Shown here in pieces: positions 11,717-21,106 of a stretch of 64,000 bases of DNA. The notes under the pieces were generated by a model, which searched no databases, was not told where the DNA came from, and saw only the letters and a program-made list of their open reading frames with translations. Position numbers and translations under genes: made by a program. Numbering within the stretch: position 1 is the stretch's first letter; every line of letters begins with the position of its first letter. The DNA comes from Candidatus Woesebacteria bacterium (GTDB lineage: Bacteria; Patescibacteriota; Microgenomatia; UBA1400; PJMF01). The DNA is taken from NCBI GenBank assembly GCA_050123235.1, contig JASFHL010000005.1, positions 30,695-94,694 on the forward strand. Reading direction: 5' to 3'.

Positions 11717-12123
11717 TGTTACAGCCTAGAAAACGAAAATACCGTAAGGAATTTAGAGGTAAGAATAGAGGAAAATCTTTGAAGGCTAATACTGTTGCTT
11801 TTGGAGAATATGGCCTTAAAGCTACTACTGGTGGCTGGATTACAGCCAGACAGATTGAAGCAGCTAGAAAGAAAATTACTTTTGCTACCAAAAGGTTAGG
11901 TAAATATTGGATTAGAGTTTTCCCTCATAAGCCAATCACTAGAAAACCTGTAGGAGTAAAAATGGGTTCTGGTAAAGGAGCAATTGAAGCCTATGTGGCA
12001 GTGGTTAAACCAGGAACAATTTTATTTGAGCTAGGTGGTGTCACAGAAGAAATTGCCAGATCAGCCTTTAACAAGGCAGCACACAAGCTTTCTGTGAGAA
12101 CCACTTTTATTGCCAAAGCTTAA
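11716..12123 (+). CDS. rplP: 50S ribosomal protein L16
   Basis: 135 aa; [13 protein letters not shown] start; overlaps the rpsC stop. Confidence 0.95.
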   Translation: MLQPRKRKYRKEFRGKNRGKSLKANTVAFGEYGLKATTGGWITARQIEAARKKITFATKRLGKYWIRVFPHKPITRKPVGVKMGSGKGAIEAYVAVVKPGTILFELGGVTEEIARSAFNKAAHKLSVRTTFIAKA

Positions 12124-12134
12124 GATAAAGAGTT

Positions 12135-12449
12135 ATGAAAAGAAATGATATTAAAAAACTAGCTGAAAATAATTTGCCAGAATTAGCTAAATTGCTGGAA
12201 GAATTGCAAATGAATTTAGCCAAGACTAGACTTGAAAAAAAAGCTGGCAAGCTGGAAAATACAGCTCTGCTGAGAATTTATGCTGATGATATTGCTAGGA
12301 TCAAGACTGTGATGACTGAGAAAAAGTTATCAATTAAGGTAGATCCCAAAACAGAAATCAAAAAAAAACCTGTTGCTAGTCAAAGCAAAAGCAAGAAAAA
12401 ACTAACAAGCAAGATGAAAGTTAAAAAAGAATCTAAATCTAAAAATTAG
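12135..12449 (+). CDS. rpmC: 50S ribosomal protein L29 (extended)
   Basis: 104 aa; L29 helical core (LEELQMNLAKTRLEK) plus a K-rich tail; operon position. Confidence 0.85.
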   Translation: MKRNDIKKLAENNLPELAKLLEELQMNLAKTRLEKKAGKLENTALLRIYADDIARIKTVMTEKKLSIKVDPKTEIKKKPVASQSKSKKKLTSKMKVKKESKSKN

Positions 12450-12461
12450 TTAGAGTTAATT

Positions 12462-12773
12462 ATGAAAACTATTAAAGGTATAGTTACTTCTGTCAAAAGG
12501 AATAAAACAGTTACAGTCTTAGTAACTAGAAAATGGCAGCATCCTTTATATAAGAAATATATTAAAAGGACTAAAAGATATGCTTGTCATGTTGACGGTT
12601 TAGACTTGAAAGAAGGCGAGCGAGTGATTATCAAGGAAGTAAAACCAGTGAGTAAAACTAAACGCTTTCAGGTAATGACTAAGTTGCAAGCAGCAAAAAA
12701 ATTATCGGTTAAGAAAGCTGGAATTGAAAAGGCTGAAAAGCCAAAGCAGAAAAAAGTAAAAGAAAAAAAATAA
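12462..12773 (+). CDS. rpsQ: 30S ribosomal protein S17
   Basis: 103 aa; S17 core (KTVTVLVTRKWQHPLYKKY). Confidence 0.9.
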   Translation: MKTIKGIVTSVKRNKTVTVLVTRKWQHPLYKKYIKRTKRYACHVDGLDLKEGERVIIKEVKPVSKTKRFQVMTKLQAAKKLSVKKAGIEKAEKPKQKKVKEKK

Positions 12774-12776
12774 TTT

Positions 12777-13151
12777 ATGATTCAACTTAGATCAGTCCTA
12801 CAAGTCGCAGATAATAGTGGAGCCAAACGTCTAAGGGTGATTCAAGTTTATGGAGGTTCAAAAAGACGTTTTGCTTATGTTGGTGATTTGGTTTCTGCAT
12901 CAGTGATTGTGGCTAACCCTCAATCAGCTGTTAAAAAAGGTTCAATTGTCAGGGCTGTGATAGTGAGAACCAAAAAAGAAAAAAGAAGACAGAGCGGTGA
13001 ATATGTTCGTTTCGATGACAATGCGGCAGTGATAGTTGAATCAAGAAAAAATCCGAATCCAGTTGGAACCAGAGTTTTTGGACCAATAGCTAGAGAAGTA
13101 AAGGATAAAGGTTTTTCCAAAATAGCAGCTTTAGCTCCGGAGGTATTATGA
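12777..13151 (+). CDS. rplN: 50S ribosomal protein L14
   Basis: 124 aa; [13 protein letters not shown] motif. Confidence 0.95.
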   Translation: MIQLRSVLQVADNSGAKRLRVIQVYGGSKRRFAYVGDLVSASVIVANPQSAVKKGSIVRAVIVRTKKEKRRQSGEYVRFDDNAAVIVESRKNPNPVGTRVFGPIAREVKDKGFSKIAALAPEVL

Positions 13152-13480
13152 AATTCAAAGTTGGCGATAAAGTACTAGTCACTGGTGGTAAAGATAAAGG
13201 CAAAAAAAGTGTGATTACTAAAGTATTGCCTAAAAAAGATAAAATACTGGTCAAAGATGTCAATGTTTATGTTAAACATGTGAGAGCTTATGCCGATAAG
13301 CCTGGAGAAAGAGTTAGATTAGAAAAACCTTTGTCAACAGCTAAAATTGCTATTTTAAATGATAAAGGTGAAGCAGATCGTATTGCTATTAGAGTAAGAA
13401 AAGATGGTAGAAAAGAACGTATTTTTAAAAAGACATCTAAGCCAATTAAAACTGAGGAAAAAGATCAGAAGAAAAAATAA
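13148..13480 (+). CDS. rplX: 50S ribosomal protein L24
   Basis: 110 aa; KVGDKV.V..GKDKGK KOW motif; overlaps the rplN stop. Confidence 0.92.
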   Translation: MKFKVGDKVLVTGGKDKGKKSVITKVLPKKDKILVKDVNVYVKHVRAYADKPGERVRLEKPLSTAKIAILNDKGEADRIAIRVRKDGRKERIFKKTSKPIKTEEKDQKKK

Positions 13481-13493
13481 GAGAATTTAAATC

Positions 13494-14057
13494 ATGTCAA
13501 AGTTAAATTTGAAAGCAAAATACCAGAAAGAAATTACAGAAGCTTTAAAAAAGGAATTCAAGTATAATAACAGTTTTGCTGTACCTAAGATTGAAAAAAT
13601 AGTTTTAAACATGGGTGTATCTGATCCTCAAGATCCTAGAGCAAGGAAAAAGGTGATGGAAAATATTGTAGAACAGTTTAGGATTATTGCTGGTCAGCAG
13701 CCACAAATTAGCAAGGCCAAGAAAGCTATTGCTGGTTTCAAACTGAGAGCTGGTGATCCTTTGGGTGTGATGGTGACTTTAAGAGGAAAAAAAATGTGGC
13801 AATTTTTAGATAAATTGATCGCAATTGCTCTGCCCAGAGTAAAAGATTTTCGTGGTGTTTCAAGGACAGCTTTTGATGGTCAAGGTAATTATAGTTTGGG
13901 TTTGGAAGAACAGATTGTTTTTCCAGAGATAAATTATGACAAAATAGAACGGATCAGAAGTTTACAGGTCAATATTGTAAGCAGCACTAAGAAGGATAAA
14001 GAAGCACTTAGATTACTAGAATTATTGGGAATGCCTTTTGAAAAAGAAAAAAAATAG
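13494..14057 (+). CDS. rplE: 50S ribosomal protein L5
   Basis: 187 aa; L5 family; operon position. Confidence 0.93.
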   Translation: MSKLNLKAKYQKEITEALKKEFKYNNSFAVPKIEKIVLNMGVSDPQDPRARKKVMENIVEQFRIIAGQQPQISKAKKAIAGFKLRAGDPLGVMVTLRGKKMWQFLDKLIAIALPRVKDFRGVSRTAFDGQGNYSLGLEEQIVFPEINYDKIERIRSLQVNIVSSTKKDKEALRLLELLGMPFEKEKK

Positions 14058-14063
14058 TAATAT

Positions 14064-14294
14064 ATGGCAAAAACATCAAAGACTATCAAGTCTCAAAAAC
14101 TACAAGCCAAAAGAAAAAAATATTTAATGTCTGGCAAGAAAAAACAGAACAGATTTTCTACCAGAGGGGTGAATCGTTGTAAAATCACAGGTCGCCCTAA
14201 AGGTTTTATGAGATATTTTGGTCTAAGTAGAATCACTTTTAGAGAATTGGCAGTTAAAGGTGAGTTGCCAGGTGTAGTTAAAGCCAGTAAATAA
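14064..14294 (+). CDS. rpsN: 30S ribosomal protein S14 (short form, zinc-ribbon cysteines mostly lost)
   Basis: 76 aa; [24 protein letters not shown] resembles type-Z S14, but only one Cys remains. Confidence 0.85.
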   Translation: MAKTSKTIKSQKLQAKRKKYLMSGKKKQNRFSTRGVNRCKITGRPKGFMRYFGLSRITFRELAVKGELPGVVKASK

Positions 14295-14339
14295 TTTTTG
14301 AGTAAGTTATAAATAGTTATAAAACAAAAATAAAAAATT

Positions 14340-14735
14340 ATGTTAATTACAGATCCAATAGCTGACATGATAATCAGGATCAAGAATGCGCTTTTAGCAA
14401 AAAAATCTGAAGTGACAATGCCTCATTCTAAGATCAAAGCTAAAATAGCTGAAATTTTGCTTGAACACAAATATATTGAAGATTATCAAGTGCTTGAAAA
14501 AAAACCACAACCCGAAATTGTGATTAAGTTGAGATATCTAGGTAAGCGAGCAGCTATTACTAATGTTAAAAGACTGTCTAAGCCAGGAGTAAGACTTTAT
14601 TCTCCTGCCAAACAAATCCCTCAGTCTTTGGGTGGTTATGGGATCACGATAGTCTCAACCAATAAAGGAGTGATGACAGACGCTGAAGCCAAGAAGCTTA
14701 ATGCAGGAGGAGAATTACTTTGTCAAATTTGGTAA
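14340..14735 (+). CDS. rpsH: 30S ribosomal protein S8
   Basis: 131 aa; DPIADMI.RI.NA start. Confidence 0.95.
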   Translation: MLITDPIADMIIRIKNALLAKKSEVTMPHSKIKAKIAEILLEHKYIEDYQVLEKKPQPEIVIKLRYLGKRAAITNVKRLSKPGVRLYSPAKQIPQSLGGYGITIVSTNKGVMTDAEAKKLNAGGELLCQIW

Positions 14736-14754
14736 TTTTTTAAAATAAAAATAT

Positions 14755-15294
14755 ATGTCAAGAATCGGAAAAACACCAGTCGATATACCAGCCGGAGTGA
14801 CAGTTTCAGTCACAGATCGCGTAGTAGATGTTAAAGGCCCAAAAGGAAACTTGACAGTTGATTTGCCTAAACAAATTGAAGTTGAAGTTAAGGATAATCA
14901 ACTATTTATTAATAGAAAAGATGATGAGAAAGAATCTAAGGCTCTCCATGGTCTGATCAGAAGTTTGATTAATAATAATGTGCTGGGTGTTACAGAAGGC
15001 TATAAAAAGACCTTAAAATTAGTGGGCACAGGCTACAGAGTAGCAGCTAAAGGGGAAGCTTTATCGATTACGGTTGGTTATTCTCACCCGGTGGAGGTTG
15101 TTCCTCAAGAGGGAGTTAAACTTTCAATTGAAGGAAATAATATTATTCATGTGGAAGGGATTGATAAACAATTAGTAGGACAAGTGGCAGCTAATATCAG
15201 AAGTATCAGAAAACCAGAGCCATATAAAGGTAAAGGAATTCGTTATCACGATGAAGTAGTAAGACGCAAGGCAGGTAAAGCTGCAGTCACATAA
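14755..15294 (+). CDS. rplF: 50S ribosomal protein L6
   Basis: 179 aa; MSRIGK.P start; tandem L6 domains. Confidence 0.95.
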   Translation: MSRIGKTPVDIPAGVTVSVTDRVVDVKGPKGNLTVDLPKQIEVEVKDNQLFINRKDDEKESKALHGLIRSLINNNVLGVTEGYKKTLKLVGTGYRVAAKGEALSITVGYSHPVEVVPQEGVKLSIEGNNIIHVEGIDKQLVGQVAANIRSIRKPEPYKGKGIRYHDEVVRRKAGKAAVT

Positions 15295-15302
15295 AAGTCA
15301 AA

Positions 15303-15656
15303 ATGGTAAAAGTTAGACACAATAGAACCAGCAGAGAGAAAAAACAGCTTAGAGTAAGAGCTAAAATCAGTCGTTCAGCTAAGCATCCTAAGTTGGTGGT
15401 TTTTCGTTCAAATAAGCATATTTATCTACAAGTGGTAGATAAGACAGGCAAAATACTTTTAGCTAGCTCTGATTTAGCTAAGAAAAAGTTGGCGGGCACT
15501 AAAACTGAAAAAGCCCAAAAAATAGCTAGTGATTTACTAGCAGCTTTGAAAAAAAAGAAAATTAGATCTTTAGTTTTTGATCGATCGTATTACAAATATC
15601 ATGGGCGAATCAAAATGGTAGCAGATACATTGAGAGAAGGAGGAATTAAGATTTAA
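15303..15656 (+). CDS. rplR: 50S ribosomal protein L18
   Basis: 117 aa; L18 family; operon position. Confidence 0.9.
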   Translation: MVKVRHNRTSREKKQLRVRAKISRSAKHPKLVVFRSNKHIYLQVVDKTGKILLASSDLAKKKLAGTKTEKAQKIASDLLAALKKKKIRSLVFDRSYYKYHGRIKMVADTLREGGIKI

Positions 15657-15681
15657 TTTGAAAAAAGATAAAAATTAGGAA

Positions 15682-16404
15682 TTGAAAAAAAATATGAAAC
15701 AACAACGCATGCGTGAAGCAAAAGAATTCGAAGAAAAAGTGATTCAGATAAACCGAGTTTCAAAGAAAACTAAGGGTGGAAATAGTATTGGTTTTTCTGT
15801 TTTGATGGTGGTAGGTGATAAAAAAGGCAGAGTTGGTGTCGGATTAGGAAAGGCAACAGATGTAGTTTCTTCAATGAAAAAGGGCATTAAAAAGGCTAAG
15901 AAAAAAATGATTACTGTTCCTTTACAAGGTGCTACTATTCCTTTTGCTATTACTGTAAAAAAAGGAGCTGGTAAGGTGATGTTAAAGCCGTCCCCTATTG
16001 GTTCTGGAGTAATTGCAGGTGGTCCAGTAAGAGCAGTGGTTGAGGCTGCAGGTATCAAGGATATTTCAGCTAAAATTTTAGGAAGCGAGAATCAAGCTTC
16101 TAGTGTTTATGCCACTTTTGAAGCCTTGAAACAAATTAGAAATATTGTTGAAGTCCGGGGTATTAAGTTGAAATCTATAGATGAAGTTAAGCAAGAAGAA
16201 AAAGATAAAGTAGAAAAAATTGAGAAAAGAGCTAAACAAGTTGCTGATAAACAAAAGCCAAAGGCTGCAGCAAAAAAGCCAGTTAGCAAAAAGAGTATTG
16301 TAAAAAAAGCTTCAGCCAAGAAAACCGTGGCAAAAAAAACAGTCAAAGCATCAAAGAAAGTAGCTAGCAAATCCAAGACTGCCAAACAAAGTAAGAAAAA
16401 ATAA
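15682..16404 (+). CDS. rpsE: 30S ribosomal protein S5 (with ~75-aa Lys-rich C-terminal extension)
   Basis: 240 aa; S5 core (GGNSIGFSVLMVVGDKKGRVGVGLGKA); long K/A-rich tail. rplO follows directly, with no L30 gene between. Confidence 0.93.
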   Translation: MKKNMKQQRMREAKEFEEKVIQINRVSKKTKGGNSIGFSVLMVVGDKKGRVGVGLGKATDVVSSMKKGIKKAKKKMITVPLQGATIPFAITVKKGAGKVMLKPSPIGSGVIAGGPVRAVVEAAGIKDISAKILGSENQASSVYATFEALKQIRNIVEVRGIKLKSIDEVKQEEKDKVEKIEKRAKQVADKQKPKAAAKKPVSKKSIVKKASAKKTVAKKTVKASKKVASKSKTAKQSKKK

Positions 16405-16407
16405 TTT

Positions 16408-16848
16408 ATGTCATTATTAAATAAGCTTGTAAAAACTACCAACAGAAAAAAGAAACGACTTGGCCGTGGTTATGGTTCTGGTAAAGGTGGCCACACAGCC
16501 AGTAAAGGTGTTAAAGGGCAGAAGTCAAGAGTTGGTGCTAAAGTACCACTGTGGTTTGAAGGTGGGCAATTGCCTTTAGTTAAAAGAGTGCCAATGATGA
16601 GAGGTAAAGCTAGGTTTAAGGTAGTCAGACCTAATGCGGAAATAAGTTTAGACTTATTAGATAACTTAGACATTGATGTAATAACTTTAGAGGCTTTGAA
16701 GTTGAAAAAAGTAATTAGTAAAAGATTTAAAAAAGCAAAAATTATTAATACAGGCAAACTTAATAGGAAACTAACAATCAAAGGCATTAAAGTTAGTAAA
16801 GGAGCCAGAGTAGTTATTGAAAAATTAGGAGGGAAAATAGAAGCTTAA
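16408..16848 (+). CDS. rplO: 50S ribosomal protein L15
   Basis: 146 aa; KRLGRGYGSGKGGHT motif. Confidence 0.95.
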   Translation: MSLLNKLVKTTNRKKKRLGRGYGSGKGGHTASKGVKGQKSRVGAKVPLWFEGGQLPLVKRVPMMRGKARFKVVRPNAEISLDLLDNLDIDVITLEALKLKKVISKRFKKAKIINTGKLNRKLTIKGIKVSKGARVVIEKLGGKIEA

Positions 16849-16880
16849 TATTTTGAGTCCAAGATTGATAGGCAAAATCA

Positions 16881-18167
16881 GTGTTAAAAAAAATAACAAA
16901 TAAAGTCCGCGAGATTTTTTCCAACAAAAAGCTAAAAAATAAGCTGATCTTCACTGCAAGCATTTTTTTTATTTTTAGATTATTGGCTCACATTCCTCTT
17001 CCAGCAGTCGATATAGAAAGACTTTCTTTAATGTTTGCCCAGAGTCAATTTTTAAGTTTACTCAATATTTTTTCTGGTGGCACACTTGCTCGTTTTTCAG
17101 TGGTTGCAGTTGGAATTAGCCCTTATATTAGTGCTTCTATTATTATGCAATTGGCTGCCATGGTTTTTCCTAAACTAAAAGAAATGCAAAAAGAAGGTGA
17201 GGCTGGTCGAGAAAAAGTTAATCAATACACTAGGTTTTTAACTGTCCCTCTAGCTGTTTTTCAAAGTATTTCAGTGATTGCCCTCTTGAATTCCCAATCT
17301 TTATTACAAACCAGAGACTTATTTGCTTTGAGTACCATGATTGTAACTTTGGTAGCCGGAGCAATGATCTTGATGTGGTTGGGAGAATTGATTTCTATTC
17401 ATGGTATAGGCAATGGCATTTCTATGGTTATTTTCGCTGGTATAGCTAGCCAATTACCAACTATGTTTGGTCAAACATTGGCCCTAGCCAATAGTGAGCA
17501 AATAGTTGAAATGCTTACCTTTGTAATTTTATTTGCGCTGGTAATAGCTTTGGTTGTTTTCATGAATGAAGCTGTGCGCAAGGTAGTAATTCAATATTCC
17601 AAAAGAAGCCGAGGTAGCCGAGTTTTTGCTGGCCATACTACTCACTTACCAATCAGAGTCAATGTAGCAGGTGTGATGCCTATCATCTTTGCTTTATCCA
17701 TTATGATGGTGCCGTCATTCTTGGCAAGAATGTTTATTGCTTCTGGTAAAGAGTCTCTTGTTTATTGGGGTCAAAAGCTTTCTGTCTGGTTTAGTCAAAC
17801 TTCTTTTGTTTATATGTTAATTTACTTTTTGGTTGTTTTCTCTTTCACTTTTTTTTCAGCTTTGATATTTTTTAATGCCAAGGATTTAAGTGAAGAGTTA
17901 AAAAAGGGCGGTGCTTTTATTCCTGGTATTAGACCAGGAGGTCCAACTAAAAAATTTCTAGAGTATGTGGTGGTGAGGATTACTTTATTGGGTGCTATGT
18001 TTTTGGGTTTCATTGCTTTGTTGCCTTCTTTAGCCCAGAATTTTACAGGTGTTCAATCTTTAGCCATTGGTGGAACCAGTGTTTTGATTGTTGTTTCAGT
18101 AATTCTAGAAACAGCTAAACAAGTAGAAAGTATGTTAGTAGGACAGAATTATGAAAAATATAGTTAA
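16881..18167 (+). CDS. secY: preprotein translocase subunit SecY
   Basis: 428 aa; GTG start; 10 predicted TM helices; conserved SecY segments (GISPYISASIIMQL, LGELISIHGIGNGISMVIFAGI). Confidence 0.95.
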   Translation: MLKKITNKVREIFSNKKLKNKLIFTASIFFIFRLLAHIPLPAVDIERLSLMFAQSQFLSLLNIFSGGTLARFSVVAVGISPYISASIIMQLAAMVFPKLKEMQKEGEAGREKVNQYTRFLTVPLAVFQSISVIALLNSQSLLQTRDLFALSTMIVTLVAGAMILMWLGELISIHGIGNGISMVIFAGIASQLPTMFGQTLALANSEQIVEMLTFVILFALVIALVVFMNEAVRKVVIQYSKRSRGSRVFAGHTTHLPIRVNVAGVMPIIFALSIMMVPSFLARMFIASGKESLVYWGQKLSVWFSQTSFVYMLIYFLVVFSFTFFSALIFFNAKDLSEELKKGGAFIPGIRPGGPTKKFLEYVVVRITLLGAMFLGFIALLPSLAQNFTGVQSLAIGGTSVLIVVSVILETAKQVESMLVGQNYEKYS

Positions 18168-18179
18168 AAAGGAGACGCT

Positions 18180-18761
18180 ATGAAAATAGTCTTGATTGGC
18201 ATTCAAGGAGCTGGCAAGTCTACTCAAGGTAACATGTTAGCTGAAGAATTAGGCATTCCTTATCTTTCTTCTGGTCATATTTTTAGACAGATGGCTAAGA
18301 GAAAAAGTAAATTGGGCCGTTGGCTTAAAGAAACTCTAAATGCAGGCGCTCTTGTACCTGATGATGTGACTGTTGAAGCTGTGATGAAGTATCTTCAAAA
18401 AAAAGAATATAAATATGGTTTCATCATTGACGGCTTTCCTAGAACTGTTAAGCAAGCAGAAGCCTTTTCTGATGGTGAAGAGAAAGTAATTTTCATTGAT
18501 GTATCAGATAAAGAGGCTTTGTGGCGTATTTCTGGAAGAATTAGTAACAGGGAAGATGAAACACTACAGGCTATCAGAAAAAGAATTCAGCTTTTCCATG
18601 ATCAAACCTCAGCAGTGATTGATTATTATCAAAATCGAGGAAAGTTGATCAGAGTTAATGGCGAACAAGAAGTAGAAGCTGTTTTTAAAGATATTCTTAA
18701 ACATTTAAAAAAAAGCCTAGAGTTTAAAAAATTAAGAGAAAATCAGAAGAACGGTAGTTAA
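18180..18761 (+). CDS. adk: adenylate kinase (short form, no zinc lid)
   Basis: 193 aa; P-loop GIQGAGKSTQ; LID region without a Cys4 motif. Confidence 0.9.
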   Translation: MKIVLIGIQGAGKSTQGNMLAEELGIPYLSSGHIFRQMAKRKSKLGRWLKETLNAGALVPDDVTVEAVMKYLQKKEYKYGFIIDGFPRTVKQAEAFSDGEEKVIFIDVSDKEALWRISGRISNREDETLQAIRKRIQLFHDQTSAVIDYYQNRGKLIRVNGEQEVEAVFKDILKHLKKSLEFKKLRENQKNGS

Positions 18762-18800
18762 AGTTTAAATCTATTTAAGAACCTGAATGGAGTTTTTTAA

Positions 18801-18957
18801 CATTTACTACAGATAAATTTTTGAGCGTTGAAGTGAGGTCTAGTCAGGCTTGATTTAGCAGCAGATTTGCTACCGAGCTTCACCGAGTGAGCCTTGTATC
18901 TTAAAAATAAACAAAGTGTCGCAGCGAGCGACTTAAAAATTTATCTGTAGTAAATGT
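18801..18957. repeat. copy A of a ~155-bp intergenic element with perfect 17-bp terminal inverted repeats (ATTTACTACAGATAAAT ... ATTTATCTGTAGTAAAT)
   Basis: Seen directly in the sequence. A second copy at 28612-28766 shares the termini and the internal blocks GAGCGTTRAAGTGAGGTCT, CTACCGAGCTTYACCGAGTGAGCYTTGTAT and AGCGARCGACT. Confidence 0.8.
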
Positions 18958-19037
18958 GATTAAATCTTATTCAGCGATACTTTAAAGTCATGGGTTTACC
19001 TGAGTACTTATATCTGGTATAATCTGGAAGTCATTTT

Positions 19038-19376
19038 ATGGGAAAGGTTCAGGAGCACAAACGAGCTGCAAAGGCTAAAAGACAAGTGGATACCACTCAG
19101 CAAAAGTCTAGCAGATCTGATCGTCTCGAGATAGCCGGAGTGGTTGAGGACTGCTTACCTAACACGATGTTTAAGATTAGAGTGACAGAGTCACCAGTGG
19201 AGCAACTTAAGGACAAGATTTTGTTAGCTACCTTAACTGGCAGGATGCGTCTCTATAGAATTAGAGTCCTACCAGGAGATTATGTAAAAGGTTATGTTTC
19301 TAAGTATGACTTAACAAAGTGTAAAATCACTTTTAGATCTACCAAAGAAAAGCGACCTATAAAATCAACTAGCTGA
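19038..19376 (+). CDS. infA: translation initiation factor IF-1 with ~40-aa N-terminal extension
   Basis: 112 aa; the C-terminal 70 aa form an S1-like IF-1 core (LPNTMFKIRV...GRMRLYRIRVLPGDYVKGYVSKYDLTKCKITFR); the N-terminal basic extension is not typical. Confidence 0.8.
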   Translation: MGKVQEHKRAAKAKRQVDTTQQKSSRSDRLEIAGVVEDCLPNTMFKIRVTESPVEQLKDKILLATLTGRMRLYRIRVLPGDYVKGYVSKYDLTKCKITFRSTKEKRPIKSTS

Positions 19377-19480
19377 TTGATTTTTTATCCTGATAGTTAA
19401 AATTTTTATTAATAGTTTAGCTTATCGCAAGTTGGGACTTTAAATTTAGACTAATTTGCGGTATATTTTTGTTTCTTAAT

Positions 19481-19594
19481 ATGAAAGTCAAGTCGTCAGT
19501 TAAAAAAATGTGCAAGCAATGTAAAATTATTAGAAGAAAGGGCGTAGTGCGCGTGATTTGCAAAAATCCAAAGCACAAGCAACGTCAAGGTTAA
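19481..19594 (+). CDS. rpmJ: 50S ribosomal protein L36
   Basis: 37 aa ([37 protein letters not shown]) with C..C...C..H zinc ribbon. It is under the 60-aa ORF-track cut-off and lies between infA and rpsM. Confidence 0.9.
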   Translation: MKVKSSVKKMCKQCKIIRRKGVVRVICKNPKHKQRQG

Positions 19595-19597
19595 TTT

Positions 19598-20005
19598 ATG
19601 CCAAGAATCGCTGGTATTGACATTCCAGAACATAAAAAGATTTTATACTCACTGCGATCAATTTATGGAGTTGGTCTTAAGCTTGCTAAAGATATTTTAG
19701 AAGAAACTAAGATTGACCCAGATAAAAGAGCAAAAGATCTGACTAGAGATGAAGTTAATAAGATTCAGAAAGCTTTAGAAAAGTATTTAGTAGAAGGAGA
19801 TTTAAGAAGAATAGTCAACGATAATATCAGTCGTTTAAAAAGAACCAGAACATATCGAGGTTTAAGACATACTCAAGGGCTGCCAGTGAGGGGACAAAGA
19901 ACCCGTTCTAATGCACGTACCAAGAGAGGAAGCAAAAGAACAGTTGGTTCTATGACTAAAGAGATGGCCTCTAAGTTGGAAGCAGCCAAGAAAAAGAAAG
20001 TATAA
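19598..20005 (+). CDS. rpsM: 30S ribosomal protein S13
   Basis: 135 aa; MPRIAGIDIP start; S13 family. Confidence 0.95.
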   Translation: MPRIAGIDIPEHKKILYSLRSIYGVGLKLAKDILEETKIDPDKRAKDLTRDEVNKIQKALEKYLVEGDLRRIVNDNISRLKRTRTYRGLRHTQGLPVRGQRTRSNARTKRGSKRTVGSMTKEMASKLEAAKKKKV

Positions 20006-20006
20006 A

Positions 20007-20414
20007 ATGGCTCAAGTAAAAAAATATAGAAAAACTAGTTTTAGAAATAAAAGTAGAAGAAGAACAAAAATAGTGCCCAAAGGCAGGATTTATGTGAGTG
20101 CTACTTTTAATAATACTTTAGTAAGTATCACTGATGATAAGGGAAAGGTAATCTGTTGGACATCTACTGGTGAAGCTGGTTTTTCTGGTTCTAGAAAGTC
20201 TACTCCTTATGCAGCTACCATCACAGTAGAAAATGCAATTAATAAGGCTAAAAATTTTGGAATGCATGAAATGGATGTTTATCTCAAAGGACCTGGTTCA
20301 GGTAGGGATGTAGCTCTTAGGGTAATTAAAGCTCAAGGAATTAGAGTAGGCATGATTGTTGATTCAACACCTATTCCGCATAATGGTACTAGATCTAGAA
20401 AAGCAAGGAATTAA
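20007..20414 (+). CDS. rpsK: 30S ribosomal protein S11
   Basis: 135 aa; S11 core (TFNNT.V..TD..G....W.S.G). Confidence 0.95.
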   Translation: MAQVKKYRKTSFRNKSRRRTKIVPKGRIYVSATFNNTLVSITDDKGKVICWTSTGEAGFSGSRKSTPYAATITVENAINKAKNFGMHEMDVYLKGPGSGRDVALRVIKAQGIRVGMIVDSTPIPHNGTRSRKARN

Positions 20415-20419
20415 CCAAT

Positions 20420-21028
20420 ATGGCAAGACATATAGGACCAAAACAACGACTACAAAGACAAATAGGAGAAGATTTGGGGCTTAAGACTAATGCTGTGAAA
20501 ACTGCTAAGCGCTTGATGGTTAGGCCTGGCCAACATGGGCAAAAAGGGAGAAGAAAACTGTCCAACTATGCTGTTCAGTTAAAAGAAAAACAAAAGCTTA
20601 AATATATTTATGGAATTTTAGAAAAACAATTGAAAAAGATCTTTGATAATGCAAGCAAGAATCCTTTAAATACTGGATCAGTCTTGTTAACTTCTTTGGA
20701 GAGAAGACTAGACAATGTAGTCTATAGATTAGCTTGGGCTCCTACCAGAGCAGCAGCTAGGCAACTTGTTAGTCACAATCACCTCAAGGTCAATGACAAG
20801 AAAATGAATATTCCTTCTTATGAAGTTAAAGCAGGAGATGTTCTTTTGTTAAGAGACAAGTCAGCTAAAATTCCTTTTGTAGCAGAAAGACTTAAATCTA
20901 AAGACAGTAATATTCCTGCCTGGCTAGAAAGGAAAGCTACAGCAGCCAAGGTGTTGAGATTGCCTCAAAGAGAAGAGATTCAAGAAGCTATTGATGAACA
21001 GTTAATCCTTGAATTTTATAGTCGATAA
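20420..21028 (+). CDS. rpsD: 30S ribosomal protein S4
   Basis: 202 aa; MARHIGPK start; S4 domain (LDNVVYRL...R.AARQLVSH.H..VN). Confidence 0.95.
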   Translation: MARHIGPKQRLQRQIGEDLGLKTNAVKTAKRLMVRPGQHGQKGRRKLSNYAVQLKEKQKLKYIYGILEKQLKKIFDNASKNPLNTGSVLLTSLERRLDNVVYRLAWAPTRAAARQLVSHNHLKVNDKKMNIPSYEVKAGDVLLLRDKSAKIPFVAERLKSKDSNIPAWLERKATAAKVLRLPQREEIQEAIDEQLILEFYSR

Positions 21029-21106
21029 AAATTTATTAATTAACAGTCATCCGGGAACGGATTTCCTAAAAATTTATTTAGGAGAGGAGAAACAAGGAGA
21101 AAAACT

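Noticed and set aside
8200-16400. Lys/Ala-rich low-complexity stretches as tandem repeats or CRISPR-like arrays
   Set aside because: They are in frame within r-protein genes as coding tails. No regularly spaced direct repeats with unique spacers were seen anywhere in the window.
18840-18880. SRP-RNA-like GUCAGG...AGCAGC motif inside repeat copy A
   Set aside because: That segment is not conserved in copy B; the resemblance is too short to support a 4.5S RNA call.
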